Of a stretch of 64,000 nucleotides of DNA, positions 1-10,786 are shown piece after piece. The number at the start of each line of letters is the position of its first letter. Position 1 is the stretch's first letter. Location: assembly GCA_001563335.1 (NCBI GenBank), contig LRSL01000109.1, positions 1 through 64,000 on the forward strand, in the 5' to 3' direction. The translations under genes and the position numbers were made by a program. The DNA is from Candidatus Thorarchaeota archaeon SMTZ1-45 (GTDB lineage Archaea > Asgardarchaeota > Thorarchaeia > Thorarchaeales > Thorarchaeaceae). The notes under the pieces are model-generated. The model did no database searches, was not told where the DNA came from, and saw only the letters and a list, made by a program, of their open reading frames with translations.

Positions 1-4
1 TGCA

Positions 5-1042
5 TCAAGTAAGTTCAATGTATGACATCTCACCCACATAGTTGATTCTCATCATCTCTTGAACTCTATCTGGCTCACTTGTATGTCCAAGAACCCATGC
101 GAGTTTAACAAGAGCTGCTTCAGAACTCATGTCGTAAGCGCTCATTGCTCCAACTTCCATGGCGGCACGACCAACTTCATAGATTGACAAATCAACCTGT
201 CCAAAAGCACACTGCGAACTCACCACAACAAAGCAGCCTTGATCTATAGCCTGGAGGATCCCTCCTGTTAGGGCATTCTCATCAGTTGGAACATTTCCAG
301 ATCCAAACCCTTCAATGATGATCCCATGATAGCCCATGTCAACTATTCTTCCCAAAATCTGTGGGGGGAGTCCAGGAAATACCTTGAGGAGAAAGACATG
401 ATCGTCTAGGCGATTATCGAATCTGGGCAAAAGACTATGATCACGTTTTTTTCTATTATCATAGAGAATAATGTCACGAGCCAAGATGCCAATTGAGGAT
501 GGATCCATTGAGTCAAATGCATCATATGAGTTCACTCGTACCTTCTTGGTTCTTGTTGCACGATGGATTTCTCCATTGAACACGATGCAGGTTTCCCCTA
601 GGTCACCAAAAGCAGCAACTCGAAATGCATCGAGAAGATTCCTGGGTCCATCGCTCCAAGGAACAGATGCAGGAATCTGTGCTCCTGTAAACACAATCGG
701 TCTGCCAAAGTCTTGTATCATGAAACTCACAGCGGCAGCTGAGTAAGTCATTGTGTCAGTTCCATGAGACACAACAATACCTTGAAGGTCTGGTATCTCT
801 TCGTTTATGTCCTTTATAGCACTGGCAAGTTCTTGCCAATGGTGGGGTTGAGCGTTTGCTGAATCTAATTGGAAGAGCTCTCTCTTGATGACTTCGATGT
901 TGCTCATGCCCTTTGGAAGTCTCTCAAGTAGCTCTTCAACTGATAGGCCTGGTCGAAGTGCTTGGGTGCTAGAGTCGTAGATGCTTGAGATAGTGCCACC
1001 TGTTGTAATAAGACAAATCTTGATGTTTTCTTCGGAAACCAT
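5..1042 (-). CDS. Type I L-asparaginase (AnsA family)
   Basis: Motifs TTGGTIS, DSAN, SHGTDTM, TGAQIP and EGFGSGN. Start moved to ATG 1042 because the ORF extension to 1171 overlaps the divergent gene. Confidence 0.9.
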   Translation of the reverse strand: MVSEENIKICLITTGGTISSIYDSSTQALRPGLSVEELLERLPKGMSNIEVIKRELFQLDSANAQPHHWQELASAIKDINEEIPDLQGIVVSHGTDTMTYSAAAVSFMIQDFGRPIVFTGAQIPASVPWSDGPRNLLDAFRVAAFGDLGETCIVFNGEIHRATRTKKVRVNSYDAFDSMDPSSIGILARDIILYDNRKKRDHSLLPRFDNRLDDHVFLLKVFPGLPPQILGRIVDMGYHGIIIEGFGSGNVPTDENALTGGILQAIDQGCFVVVSSQCAFGQVDLSIYEVGRAAMEVGAMSAYDMSSEAALVKLAWVLGHTSEPDRVQEMMRINYVGEMSYIELT

Positions 1043-1113
1043 TGTGTTGTACCCAAAGTTGTGTCGTGAAAGGAGATTTATCCATGTTGTGATAAGTGGA
1101 TTTGAAATGGTGA

Positions 1114-2328
1114 TTGAAGTTGTATGACCTGGCTGTGATTGGTGGAGGTCCAGCAGGTGCAATATGTGCACGAGATGCGGCTGAGGCAGGGTTGGACGTG
1201 GTTCTGCTCGAGAAGGCGCATCACCCTAGAGAGAAACCATGCGGAGGAGCCCTCGGACCTAGGGCGATTCGAAGCATTGACTTTGATATTTCGAATGTGA
1301 TTGAACGTACTTTCCATGCAGCTTTGGTATATACACCATCTATGAGAAAGGTGATTTTGACCAGTGAAGAACTAATAGGATATCTGGTGACTCGTAGTAA
1401 GTTGGACCTCTTTCTTCTTCAGAAAGCAGAAGAGGCTGGCGCTGAAGTAGTCCAAGGCACACAGGTGGTTGGAATAGAACAAACGCGTACTGGAATCAGA
1501 GCACTATCAGTCGGAGACTCATACAAATCGCATCTTCTTGTAGGAGCAGACGGAGTAAATGGCATTATCGCAAGAGAGCTTGGAATTCGTTCAAAATGGG
1601 CTCCTGATCAAGTAGCGCTTTGCATTTCTGCAGAAGTCCCAGTGAGCCAAAGTGATTTGAAATCAGCAATGATTACGCATGAGTCCAATGGATCACCAGT
1701 AATTGAAATGTATTTTAATCTACTATCTTGGGGATATGGTTGGTGCTTTCCTAAGAAGAACGGATTCAGTATTGGAATAGGCTGTCGCATGGATAAACAA
1801 GAGAATCTCCAACAAAGTTGGGAGAGATTAATAGAATTAATCGAAGTAGAGAAAGAGATAGAGATTGATACCTCAAACAAAGTGTCATATAGAGTTCCAC
1901 TCGGAGGGAAATTAAATCGATATATCGCGAGAAGGAGTATGCTAGTTGGAGATGCTGCGGGTTTAGTTTCTCCACTCACGGGAGAGGGAATATCCTATGC
2001 AATCCAGTCTGGAAAACTTGCTGCAAAAATAGCTTCGGAAGCAGTTGAGATGAGGGCGCCTCTTCATGTTGCAGAGTACGAAAATCAACTGAAAAAGACT
2101 GTTGAACGAGAACTTGTGGACACTAGGTGGATTTCGGAGGTTTTACACAAATCGAAAAGACATACAGATCTACTTTTTGAGATAGTTGATGAGGATCCTT
2201 TGATGAGGAAGTATATGACTAATATAGTGTCACGAATCACTACTTTTTCAGATATAAGAGGCAAGGTCGGAAAACGGATGCTCTCAAAACATCCTCTAAA
2301 GTCCATTAGATTGGGATTGAAGGGTTAG
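1114..2328 (+). CDS. Geranylgeranyl reductase family FAD oxidoreductase
   Basis: GGGPAG, KPCGGA, GADG, GYGWCFP and GDAAGLVSPLTGEGI motifs. Confidence 0.9.
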   Translation: MKLYDLAVIGGGPAGAICARDAAEAGLDVVLLEKAHHPREKPCGGALGPRAIRSIDFDISNVIERTFHAALVYTPSMRKVILTSEELIGYLVTRSKLDLFLLQKAEEAGAEVVQGTQVVGIEQTRTGIRALSVGDSYKSHLLVGADGVNGIIARELGIRSKWAPDQVALCISAEVPVSQSDLKSAMITHESNGSPVIEMYFNLLSWGYGWCFPKKNGFSIGIGCRMDKQENLQQSWERLIELIEVEKEIEIDTSNKVSYRVPLGGKLNRYIARRSMLVGDAAGLVSPLTGEGISYAIQSGKLAAKIASEAVEMRAPLHVAEYENQLKKTVERELVDTRWISEVLHKSKRHTDLLFEIVDEDPLMRKYMTNIVSRITTFSDIRGKVGKRMLSKHPLKSIRLGLKG

Positions 2329-2329
2329 T

Positions 2330-3274
2330 TCAATGATCGATTGGACTCATGATAACAGCTGAACCGTCCTTGCTTAGATGTATCCGCATGAAGTCGCACG
2401 CTAGGACTGAGTTTGAAAAGACTGGGATTGCTTCTCCAATAACATCCTCTCCATCATAATATCTGGGACTATAATGCGTCAGAACCAGTAATTTCACATC
2501 TGATTCTTTTGCCAGATTTGCTGCTGCCGCAGCAGTTGAATGGCCTCGTTCTTCAGCAAGATCGGCATGCTCTGATGTATACATAGCCTCGCATATCAGA
2601 ATGTTAGCTCCACTTGCGGCTTTCTTAAGTTCATCACATGGCCTTGTGTCTCCAGAGTATACAATCTTCAAAGGATTCGGACTGGGTTCAGTCACATCTT
2701 TTGAAGAGATTCTTGTTCCATCTTCAAGTTCTACTGATTCACCAGATGCCAATGCCTTCCAAAGAGGACCCTGAGGAACACCAAGCTCTTTGGCTTTTGA
2801 TGGTAAAAATTTCCCTGTTGTACGAGTCCATATGATCTCATATCCAAGTGCATAGCCCCTGTGGTCAACTTCGAATGCGCGAACTGAAAGATCCTGATGA
2901 TGGAAGATTTCACCAGGACCGATTGCATGAACAGTCGTTTCAAAAGTAGTCCCAAGGTTGATTGTAGATTGACTGACCTTGACATATTCGATCAGCTCTT
3001 TAGGCCCATAGATGTTCAATGGTTTTGTCCTACCAAGAAGAGAAAATCTCAACAGGAGACCTGGCAAACCAAGTACATGGTCAGCATGAACATGTGTCAC
3101 AAAGATTGCCATCTTTTTGTTCAGCCCTAGCTGTGCTTTCTCGTATTGCCTTTGGACATCTTCGCCCGCATCAAAAAGAAGTACCCATCCTTCATAACGA
3201 ATCGCGATAGCTGGATGGTTTCTTTTTTCTGTTGGAATTGACCCACCAGACCCTAAGAAGACTATCTCAATCAT
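2330..3274 (-). CDS. rnz: Ribonuclease Z
   Basis: FLGSGGSIPT, THVHADH, GP-rich exosite arm, YSGDT, GHST and LTHYSPRY. Confidence 0.95.
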   Translation of the reverse strand: MIEIVFLGSGGSIPTEKRNHPAIAIRYEGWVLLFDAGEDVQRQYEKAQLGLNKKMAIFVTHVHADHVLGLPGLLLRFSLLGRTKPLNIYGPKELIEYVKVSQSTINLGTTFETTVHAIGPGEIFHHQDLSVRAFEVDHRGYALGYEIIWTRTTGKFLPSKAKELGVPQGPLWKALASGESVELEDGTRISSKDVTEPSPNPLKIVYSGDTRPCDELKKAASGANILICEAMYTSEHADLAEERGHSTAAAAANLAKESDVKLLVLTHYSPRYYDGEDVIGEAIPVFSNSVLACDFMRIHLSKDGSAVIMSPIDH

Positions 3275-3331
3275 GAGTCACTCACTAAAAAGACTAACAC
3301 CGTACAAGATTAGGGTTGTGTCACTCAGGAC

Positions 3332-4744
3332 TCATGCTAGGTCAAGAGGAATATCATTGGGCGTGGCCTCCCTTCTTACTACACTATAGGTCAATGCATC
3401 GAAGTATTTCGACACATCCCATTTCCAGCTGTCATTTCTTCGATCATACATACTTGCCACTTTCGTTGATTGACCTGTACCTGCTGCAACAACATGGGCA
3501 CTGTAATCATGGATTTTAGAGGTTTCATCATTGAGCACCTTTATTAAATCACGACCAGAGCCAACAGGTAAAGCAGATACAAGCAAGACTTTCTTCTCTG
3601 ATGAATCCTCGATATTCTGAATCCTACTTTGATATGTAATTGGTAGATGATTCCATGCAGAAATTATATCACCGGCGCATTCAGGACTTAGAAGACAAAC
3701 CACTCTGTCACTTAGACGAGGGATATTGACTCTAGCCCTTGGCAATACTACTCGCTTCTTGATTAATTGAGCCCGTCTTCTAAATGCTGTAGAAGCTGAT
3801 AACCCTGTCGAAGTCACAATATCATTTCCAGTGCTATCATATTCATCAACAAGAGCATCAATTATCTTAACATCAGCATAGGTAAAACGGTTTGGTGTTC
3901 CAGGAGAAGGAGTGGCAACGTCAGCCAATAGTAGTGGATCACCACCTTTCCGTAACATTAGACGAAAGTGAAGCAGGTCAAGATTCCAACCATCTTGAGA
4001 ATTGAAGTATCGTCCACTAAAGAATGGTCTTCCATCTGAAAGCGACCAGACAGAAACGCTACCTGTACTCCCTCGGAAAGACCGTATTGTATCCAGAAGT
4101 TCAGTTCTTTTCTTATGAGGGATTGTAGCAACAACCAGGACTAAGGGAGAATAACCATCAACCATGAGGGTCTTTTGTACATAAGGACCAGAGAGGACCA
4201 AAGAGGGAGATTCGAAAATAATAAGCACACGTTCAAGTCCAAGTTTGTATGTGTTCAACATACCAACTGTTCTCAAAACCCCAGATTCACTAAGTCGTTT
4301 TTGAGCTCGTCTTGTCTGAGCATAACTCAACCCGGAGTCTTTGGCTAACTCATTCAAAGCCACGCCAGGATTCTTTATAGCTGTTTCAAGAAATGGAAGC
4401 TCCGTCTTCGATAAACGGGATATATTATCTTCCCAAAGATGTACAATAAGACTCATGACATCCCTTTGAGAGATGATTGAAACATCACCAAGATTTACCA
4501 CTTCTTCTAATCGTCGTGTCAAGAGGGAATATAGACTTCCTCTGTAGGACGTCACCATTGAACGTATTAGTTCAAATTCTGCATCGGTTTGAAATACTTG
4601 GAGTTGACCACCCTCTTCAAAAGTCCTCACAAGACGTAAAATCGCAATTGCACTAGGTGAAAGTTTGTTCTCAAAAGTTGGACCTTCGTCCTTACTCATT
4701 ACTGTTTCATCCTGATCGTGGGTGTCGATATCTGGCTGAGTCAC
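3332..4744 (-). CDS. Multi-HTH (Lrp/AsnC-like) DNA-binding protein
   Basis: Two wHTH-like segments (LNELAKDSGLSYAQTRRAQKRL; IVTSTGLSASTAFRRRAQL), each followed by an alpha/beta segment. Confidence 0.6.
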   Translation of the reverse strand: MTQPDIDTHDQDETVMSKDEGPTFENKLSPSAIAILRLVRTFEEGGQLQVFQTDAEFELIRSMVTSYRGSLYSLLTRRLEEVVNLGDVSIISQRDVMSLIVHLWEDNISRLSKTELPFLETAIKNPGVALNELAKDSGLSYAQTRRAQKRLSESGVLRTVGMLNTYKLGLERVLIIFESPSLVLSGPYVQKTLMVDGYSPLVLVVATIPHKKRTELLDTIRSFRGSTGSVSVWSLSDGRPFFSGRYFNSQDGWNLDLLHFRLMLRKGGDPLLLADVATPSPGTPNRFTYADVKIIDALVDEYDSTGNDIVTSTGLSASTAFRRRAQLIKKRVVLPRARVNIPRLSDRVVCLLSPECAGDIISAWNHLPITYQSRIQNIEDSSEKKVLLVSALPVGSGRDLIKVLNDETSKIHDYSAHVVAAGTGQSTKVASMYDRRNDSWKWDVSKYFDALTYSVVRREATPNDIPLDLA

Positions 4745-4821
4745 AATAAACCCTCACAGACTCTATTCTAAAGGCGAGTAATACCTTTGATAGAAAGTCT
4801 TCAGGATAGCATAAAAGGCCG

Positions 4822-5574
4822 TCAAAGCGGCTTACTGTCTTTCCAGAGGGACTCAAAGTAGCTACTACTCATCGCCGCGAAGATGGCATGGGAGGAGTAT
4901 ATCCCAAGGAATTCATCACTCTCTTCACCACCAGCTAACATAATCAATGTGTCTTTCTGATCTACCACAAGACCAGCTCCAAAAACACGGTCTCTAGTTC
5001 GAATTTCAAACTTCTCTGGAATACGCTTTTTCAAAGCATTTGTGATTGATGATGTGAGGATTCGGACCTTTGCTTTCACAAATAGGACTCGTTCGACAAC
5101 CGTATCAACGTCTTCTGCTGATAAATCAAAAGATGGAAGAGAGAGAAGAACCTCCTCCTTTGCAGAGTCTAGCATCTCCATTGCCTTTGCAAGGATTGAA
5201 GCCCGACCATGAACGACCCAAACATCCCTTGGTGTTACTTTTGTTTCCTTTTCAAACAAAGGTTGGAGCTCTTCAACAACTACCCTACTAGATTCTCTCA
5301 GTCGTGCCTCCCAATCCAATCGAACTAGACGCATCACTTCTGTTGGAGCCTTTGCAATGTATATAGTAGGCTTTCCCTTCTTTATTTGGATGAACTGCTT
5401 TTCTTCAAGGCGACCTAGTACATCATAGATTCTTGAGTAAGGAACCTTGGATTTAGTGGACACATCTGATGCACCCATCTGCCCACCAGCAACAAGTGCA
5501 AGATAAGCTTGGGTTTCGTATTCTGTTAGACCAAGATGTTTCAGTGCCTTTAGGGTAGCCTCGCTAACTGACAT
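4822..5574 (-). CDS. TrmB-family transcriptional regulator
   Basis: LGLTEYETQAYLAL...VPYSRIYDVLGRLEEK N-terminus plus effector domain. Confidence 0.9.
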   Translation of the reverse strand: MSVSEATLKALKHLGLTEYETQAYLALVAGGQMGASDVSTKSKVPYSRIYDVLGRLEEKQFIQIKKGKPTIYIAKAPTEVMRLVRLDWEARLRESSRVVVEELQPLFEKETKVTPRDVWVVHGRASILAKAMEMLDSAKEEVLLSLPSFDLSAEDVDTVVERVLFVKAKVRILTSSITNALKKRIPEKFEIRTRDRVFGAGLVVDQKDTLIMLAGGEESDEFLGIYSSHAIFAAMSSSYFESLWKDSKPL

Positions 5575-5607
5575 TATTGTTCTTAGTAGAGGTCAATCTC
5601 TTCCGAC

Positions 5608-6180
5608 TTAAGGGTTGTCAAGCATAGAAGTATACCAACGCAGAAACCCCTCGAAGGCCCTTGTTCTATGGGAAATGCGGACTTTCTCCTCAAGAGTGAG
5701 CTCTGCATAGGTCTTCGTGAAACCTTCTGGCACAAAGATGGGGTCGTAACCAAAACCACTCTCTCCCGCAGGCGTACGTGCGACAGTTCCGGACATACTT
5801 CCTGAGAAGACCTTCAAGCGTTCACCATCACAGAACCCGACAGCTGTCTTGAACCTCGAGGTTCGTTCCGTTTTATCAGTCATAAGTCGGAGTATACCTT
5901 CATAGCCTATTGACTTCAGGACAATTGCGGCATATGACCCTGGAAAACCATTGAGAGAGTCAACAAAGAACCCTGTGTCATCTACCACAACTGGTTTTTG
6001 AAGAGTATCAAATGCAACTTTGGCCGCAACCCGTGCAATCTCCTCTACGCGCTCAGAGCGAATCTCATGTTTCTCAACCGATGTTGTATTGAATTCCACG
6101 TTGTATTTTCTGAAGAGAGGAGTAAGCTCCTGGAGTTTGTGTTTGTTCTGTGTGATTAGGACTAGCCTATCCTTTGACAT
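5608..6180 (-). CDS. Non-canonical purine NTP pyrophosphatase (HAM1/RdgB)
   Basis: TQNKHK, DDTG, LNGFPG, GFGYDPIF and SHR motifs. Confidence 0.95.
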   Translation of the reverse strand: MSKDRLVLITQNKHKLQELTPLFRKYNVEFNTTSVEKHEIRSERVEEIARVAAKVAFDTLQKPVVVDDTGFFVDSLNGFPGSYAAIVLKSIGYEGILRLMTDKTERTSRFKTAVGFCDGERLKVFSGSMSGTVARTPAGESGFGYDPIFVPEGFTKTYAELTLEEKVRISHRTRAFEGFLRWYTSMLDNP

Positions 6181-7291
6181 ATTCCAGGATCTCCTTAATC
6201 ATCTTGTAAGATGACCGGGTCTTCTCAAGATCAAACATACCCGTAGCGTTCCAGAGAATGACATGTGCGAGCCCTTGTTTCACATAGTCTTCAAGTATTC
6301 CAATGAGGGTTTCTTTATCGCCAGTCATATAGAACTCCTGTAAAACTTCTAGCGGCACCTTTTCGATCGCATCTAATGTGGTCTTTCGATCATATCGCAT
6401 CGGAATGTAGTTGGTGAGTCCATGAAAATCATCACCAAAAGGATGTGAATATCCCAAACGTGTCCAGTTACTTGCTGAATGCATTAGAGCAAATGCTCTG
6501 GCAAGAGGGGTTTTCATCAGCCTCTCACATTCCGCGGGATCATCATCAATAATGCACCACTTCCAAAAGGCGGCTGTGAAAGGTCCGGTGCGATCTAATT
6601 TCTTTCTGTGATCCTGAATGATTTTTAGACCCTCCCCGTATTGCTTTGGTTTTGCGGTATGTGGAACCCATCCATCTCCATATTCAGCTGCGAGTTTGAG
6701 CATCTTGGGGCCCACGGCTGCAATCCAGATTGGCGGTGGCTTTCCATCCACGGCAGGCCTCAGAGACATGACTGCGTCCTTGAGTTTCCAATAGCGGCCA
6801 TCATAGCTAAATGGTTCATGCGTATTCCAAACCATTTTGATAATCTCAAGAGCCTCACGAAGTTTTCCTACCTGGCCAGAGTAGTTCAACCCATATGGTT
6901 CGATATTCTCAAGCTCTCCAGCTCCAATGCCAAGTACTGTTCTTCCTCTACTGATATGATCCAGTGTGAGAAAGGTTTGAGCAATAAGGATTGGATGTCG
7001 TCTGATTGGTTCAGTAACTGAAGAAATCAGTTGTACATTCTCAGTAACCGACGCGCAGGCACTCATGATGCTAGATAACTCGTAGTATGTGTGAGGCGAA
7101 TGTTGGAAAACAGCTAAGGGTGTAATGTCAGGAGTCCAGATGCTTTCAGGAATAAATCCAGCAAAATGGTCTGGAAAAGCCATACTATCGTAGCCTAAGG
7201 AGTCAATAGTTTTTGCATTCTTCATCGCATTGTCCCAGGGTGGAAGAAAGGGGCCAGGAGCTCCAATCTTCAAATCATGTATGTCAGCCAT
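6167..7291 (-). CDS. LLM-class flavin/F420-dependent oxidoreductase
   Basis: FPDHF, TLDHISRGRTVLGIGAG, PPIWIAA.GPKML and GDGW motifs. Confidence 0.9.
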   Translation of the reverse strand: MADIHDLKIGAPGPFLPPWDNAMKNAKTIDSLGYDSMAFPDHFAGFIPESIWTPDITPLAVFQHSPHTYYELSSIMSACASVTENVQLISSVTEPIRRHPILIAQTFLTLDHISRGRTVLGIGAGELENIEPYGLNYSGQVGKLREALEIIKMVWNTHEPFSYDGRYWKLKDAVMSLRPAVDGKPPPIWIAAVGPKMLKLAAEYGDGWVPHTAKPKQYGEGLKIIQDHRKKLDRTGPFTAAFWKWCIIDDDPAECERLMKTPLARAFALMHSASNWTRLGYSHPFGDDFHGLTNYIPMRYDRKTTLDAIEKVPLEVLQEFYMTGDKETLIGILEDYVKQGLAHVILWNATGMFDLEKTRSSYKMIKEILEYVKG

Positions 7292-8476
7292 TTATTCGCA
7301 TGTCTCCGCAAAGTGAATGAGGACTTTCTTGACTTTCTCAAAGTCAGTTAGATGCATGAACTCGTCTACCCCGTGATAATTGTTGTCATCCGCAAGTGTT
7401 CCGTAACAAACTGTTGGTATTCCGTGAGATGTGAAATAGTGACCGTCATTTCCTCCCAAGTCCGCTGCGATGGTAATGTCTGGGTCATCAACCTCTTTAA
7501 CTGCCTCGTGAAATGCAACAATGTATTTGTTCGTAGGGTCAGAACCCCAACCAGCATGTTTAGTCTTGAACTCAAGAGTTGCCTCAACACCAGTTTCCTC
7601 CTTGGCCTTCTCGAAGAAGTCTTCGATGTCCTTGACAACATCTTCCACTCTCTCTTCAGGGATTGTCCTACAATCAAAGGAGATCTCAGCCTTCCCAGGA
7701 ATCGTATTCGTCTTGCTCCCTGCATTGTAGACGGTCATTGAGAACCGACCCCATAGTGTCATGTGAGGACTGCCTGGTGGTGCAAGAAGTTCAGATTCGA
7801 CCTTTCGACGGACGTCTGCAAAGTCTAGCATGACCTGCATTAATGGTATCGAGAGATGAATCGCATTGGCAAACTTGAATGGGTAACCAGCATGACCCTG
7901 TGTGCCTCTCACAGTCATGGTGCCTGAGATGACACCACTTGCCCCATGGCTAACATATTCGGGTCCTGAGTCAACAACTATTCCAAAGTCACCACGAATC
8001 TTTGGAGGTCCGTTCATCAGGTAATCTATACCCCAAACCCCACCGATTTCTTCATTTGGTGAGATGAGTATTTTCCAGTTGACCTTTGAGCTGCCCTTCT
8101 TGATCAATTCTTTTGCAGCACTTACTGAAGCGACGATGTTACCCTTGTTGTCACTGACACCTCGACCATAGGCCTTGTCCTTTTCTACTGTGAGTTCAAA
8201 CGGAGGTCTCGTCCACTCATCTACCTCTCCGGCAGGCACCACATCATAATGTGTGCAGAGCAAGATTGTTGTCTTTGCTCCTACATCCATAGTTGCTACA
8301 ATATTCGGTTGAGGAATACCATCATGCATGGAATCATAGACATCAACCTTGAGTCCTGCGTCTTCACAGTATCTCTTGATTACTTCAGCGCAGACGGCGT
8401 AGTTCTTCTTCTCATCACTGTTTGTATCCAGCTCAACAATCTCTCTAAGGAATTGCTCTTCCCATTTATCCATCAC
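7292..8476 (-). CDS. M20 family metallopeptidase (ArgE/DapE-like)
   Basis: HYDVVP, GRGVSDNKG, NEEIG, GHAG and HGVDE motifs. Confidence 0.9.
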   Translation of the reverse strand: MMDKWEEQFLREIVELDTNSDEKKNYAVCAEVIKRYCEDAGLKVDVYDSMHDGIPQPNIVATMDVGAKTTILLCTHYDVVPAGEVDEWTRPPFELTVEKDKAYGRGVSDNKGNIVASVSAAKELIKKGSSKVNWKILISPNEEIGGVWGIDYLMNGPPKIRGDFGIVVDSGPEYVSHGASGVISGTMTVRGTQGHAGYPFKFANAIHLSIPLMQVMLDFADVRRKVESELLAPPGSPHMTLWGRFSMTVYNAGSKTNTIPGKAEISFDCRTIPEERVEDVVKDIEDFFEKAKEETGVEATLEFKTKHAGWGSDPTNKYIVAFHEAVKEVDDPDITIAADLGGNDGHYFTSHGIPTVCYGTLADDNNYHGVDEFMHLTDFEKVKKVLIHFAETCE

Positions 8477-8522
8477 AGCTCATCTCCAATCCGTATTGCT
8501 GGTAGAGCTAATGTCACTCATA

Positions 8523-9326
8523 TTATTTCTGGCAGGTCTGGCAATAGTTGGTCCTGAACCGATTTGCAGTAACTTCAGAAACTCGACCACCACAGAGAGG
8601 ACAAATCTCACCACCTCTGTTATGAACCATTAGGAAATCCCTCTTCTCTGCTGCAATCTCGTCGAGAGATCTTTCAGCGAGAATGCCTCGAATTTGGACC
8701 AAGACTTTTTTCATTGCAATATAAAGGCTCTCGATTTCCTTGTCAGTCAGACTAGATCGTTTGCGAAAAGGCAAGATTCCAGCGTAAAGTAAAATCTCGT
8801 CAGCATAGGCATTCCCAATTCCTTTCACAAATCTTTGATTCCGTAATACATTCTTGATTTGCCCATTATGGCGTTTGAATCGCTCTTGGAACACATTAAG
8901 AGTTAGGGCAGGATCTAAGGCTGAGGGGCCTCTCCCCTCAAAGTCTGCAACTGCTGAATAATCTCCTTTGTCAACGAGATATATCCGCCCCATTTTCTTT
9001 GTGTCAGAATACCAAATATCCAAGTCTTTGGTGTGAATGGACACCATGTCATATTTTGTAGGCTTTTTGAACCTTGGAATCACCCTAATTTTTCCTGTTA
9101 ACATGAGATTCAGCACAAGATCATAATTGGTAAGTGAAAAAATCAAGAACTTGCCATCTGCGGTCACAACCTCAAAGGTTTCTCCGACTGATTTTTCCTC
9201 AAAGTGTTTAATTGGCAACCCATGGACTACTATATGATTATGAACCACAGTCTTCTTAATGGTCAGACCTGAAAGAAGACTTGTCAATTGTTTGGCAATA
9301 ATCTCTAGTTCTGGAAGTTCTGGCAT
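8523..9326 (-). CDS. Fpg/Nei family DNA glycosylase
   Basis: N-terminal MPELPE (start 9326), GIGNAYADEIL and C-terminal CPLC...CQTCQ zinc finger. Confidence 0.92.
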   Translation of the reverse strand: MPELPELEIIAKQLTSLLSGLTIKKTVVHNHIVVHGLPIKHFEEKSVGETFEVVTADGKFLIFSLTNYDLVLNLMLTGKIRVIPRFKKPTKYDMVSIHTKDLDIWYSDTKKMGRIYLVDKGDYSAVADFEGRGPSALDPALTLNVFQERFKRHNGQIKNVLRNQRFVKGIGNAYADEILLYAGILPFRKRSSLTDKEIESLYIAMKKVLVQIRGILAERSLDEIAAEKRDFLMVHNRGGEICPLCGGRVSEVTANRFRTNYCQTCQK

Positions 9327-9440
9327 CTGCTCACCAAAGTCCAGTTTGGATTGACGCTTGATGATAAGATAGTTTTGCATCCACTAATCGCAACGACCAA
9401 AAAGGGCTACTCGTATCGAGGATGACATAGAAAGTGGTGA

Positions 9441-10097
9441 ATGAACATGAACCATCGCCTGAGAATCATTGCGGCAGTTAGTTTCACATTTTTGATTACT
9501 CTTTCAATTGGATTTGTGACTGAATCTATTCGTCAGTCAATGACATTCTTCTGGATCATAGAGGAAGGTGATGAGTTCATTTTTGATGTTAAGGTCACTG
9601 GGAACATGATAGTCAATTCTACAGTTCTGCCCCCACCATTTATAAAAATGAACAACACGCAAATTCACGCGGAGGTTTTATCACTCCCGAATGTTTCTAT
9701 CATATTTTACGCGCAAACTTTTCTTGAAGACATAGTAGAACACATGAAGACTAGCACTACTTTTTCAAATGGAACCGCTTTGCCAACTGGGGTTGGTTTC
9801 ATAATCAATAGACTCATCTCACAATCTATACTCCCAATTGGAGGATGGACTCACCTTGATTCATTCTTTCCAAACCAAATAGATAAGCCTTCTATGGAGC
9901 ATGAGTCCTATCTCTCGAGATTTCAAAACAACCTCTTCTATTTTGGCTACAGCGCGAATGAAACTAATGAAACGCAAGAGTGGCATGGAATCATAGACCT
10001 GGAAACTGGAGTCCCCCAAGTGGTGTCATTCTGGTTTTTCCGAACGAGTCAAGCTCAGACATATTGGTACAATCTGACTATGAGTCTTTTCACATAG
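9441..10097 (+). CDS. Hypothetical exported/membrane-anchored protein
   Basis: 218-aa ORF filling the gap, N-terminal hydrophobic segment. Confidence 0.55.
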   Translation: MNMNHRLRIIAAVSFTFLITLSIGFVTESIRQSMTFFWIIEEGDEFIFDVKVTGNMIVNSTVLPPPFIKMNNTQIHAEVLSLPNVSIIFYAQTFLEDIVEHMKTSTTFSNGTALPTGVGFIINRLISQSILPIGGWTHLDSFFPNQIDKPSMEHESYLSRFQNNLFYFGYSANETNETQEWHGIIDLETGVPQVVSFWFFRTSQAQTYWYNLTMSLFT

Positions 10098-10183
10098 AGT
10101 TGTTTCTGGAAATCAGTAATCCACTATATCGGACTTTTATTTATACATGAAAATGAAACTACGACACATAGGAGAGGTGTATC

Positions 10184-10780
10184 ATGCGTGAACCAACTGT
10201 TTATCATATTCAAAAAGGCCGACTCGTCAAAATGAAGGATCCAGGAGCGTTTGGACGAGGTGACTGCTATCTTGTTGACGCCGGAATGAAGATCTACCTA
10301 TGGATTGGTCCGAAGTCCACAGTGGATGAGAAATTCCTTACAGCTGCAACAGCAGTCATGAGTGACCAATCACGAGAAGGAAAGGCAGACATCGACCGAA
10401 TTGATGGAGGAAATGAGCCTGCTGAATTTAAAGCGCTCTTTGACGACTTCTGCTTAACTGATGAAGACACCGAAGGCATCTTGAAAAAAGTCCAGATGGA
10501 AACACATGAGCATAGACTTTGGCGAGTTCATCGTGAGGGAGATGAAACTTTCTTTGCAGAAGTTGACTTAAACAAGAACTCTCTGAAGAGTGATGATGTT
10601 TATCTTCTTGATGCATGGGATGACATTTGGGTCTGGCGAGGGAAAGATGCAACAGCTCGCGAGAAATTCGATGGAAACATCCTAGCACGTAGATATGATG
10701 CTGAACGTGTCGGAGTACAAGAGATCGAGATAATTGAAGAAGGACAGGAACCAGAAGAGTTCTTCAAGTCTTTCCCGTAG
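10184..10780 (+). CDS. Two-domain gelsolin-family actin regulator
   Basis: Two gelsolin repeats (GDCYLVD..IYLWIG..ST.DEK; SDDVYLLD...IWVWRG..AT.REK; EEGQEPEEF); GGAGAGG RBS. Confidence 0.92.
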   Translation: MREPTVYHIQKGRLVKMKDPGAFGRGDCYLVDAGMKIYLWIGPKSTVDEKFLTAATAVMSDQSREGKADIDRIDGGNEPAEFKALFDDFCLTDEDTEGILKKVQMETHEHRLWRVHREGDETFFAEVDLNKNSLKSDDVYLLDAWDDIWVWRGKDATAREKFDGNILARRYDAERVGVQEIEIIEEGQEPEEFFKSFP

Positions 10781-10786
10781 AAGAAA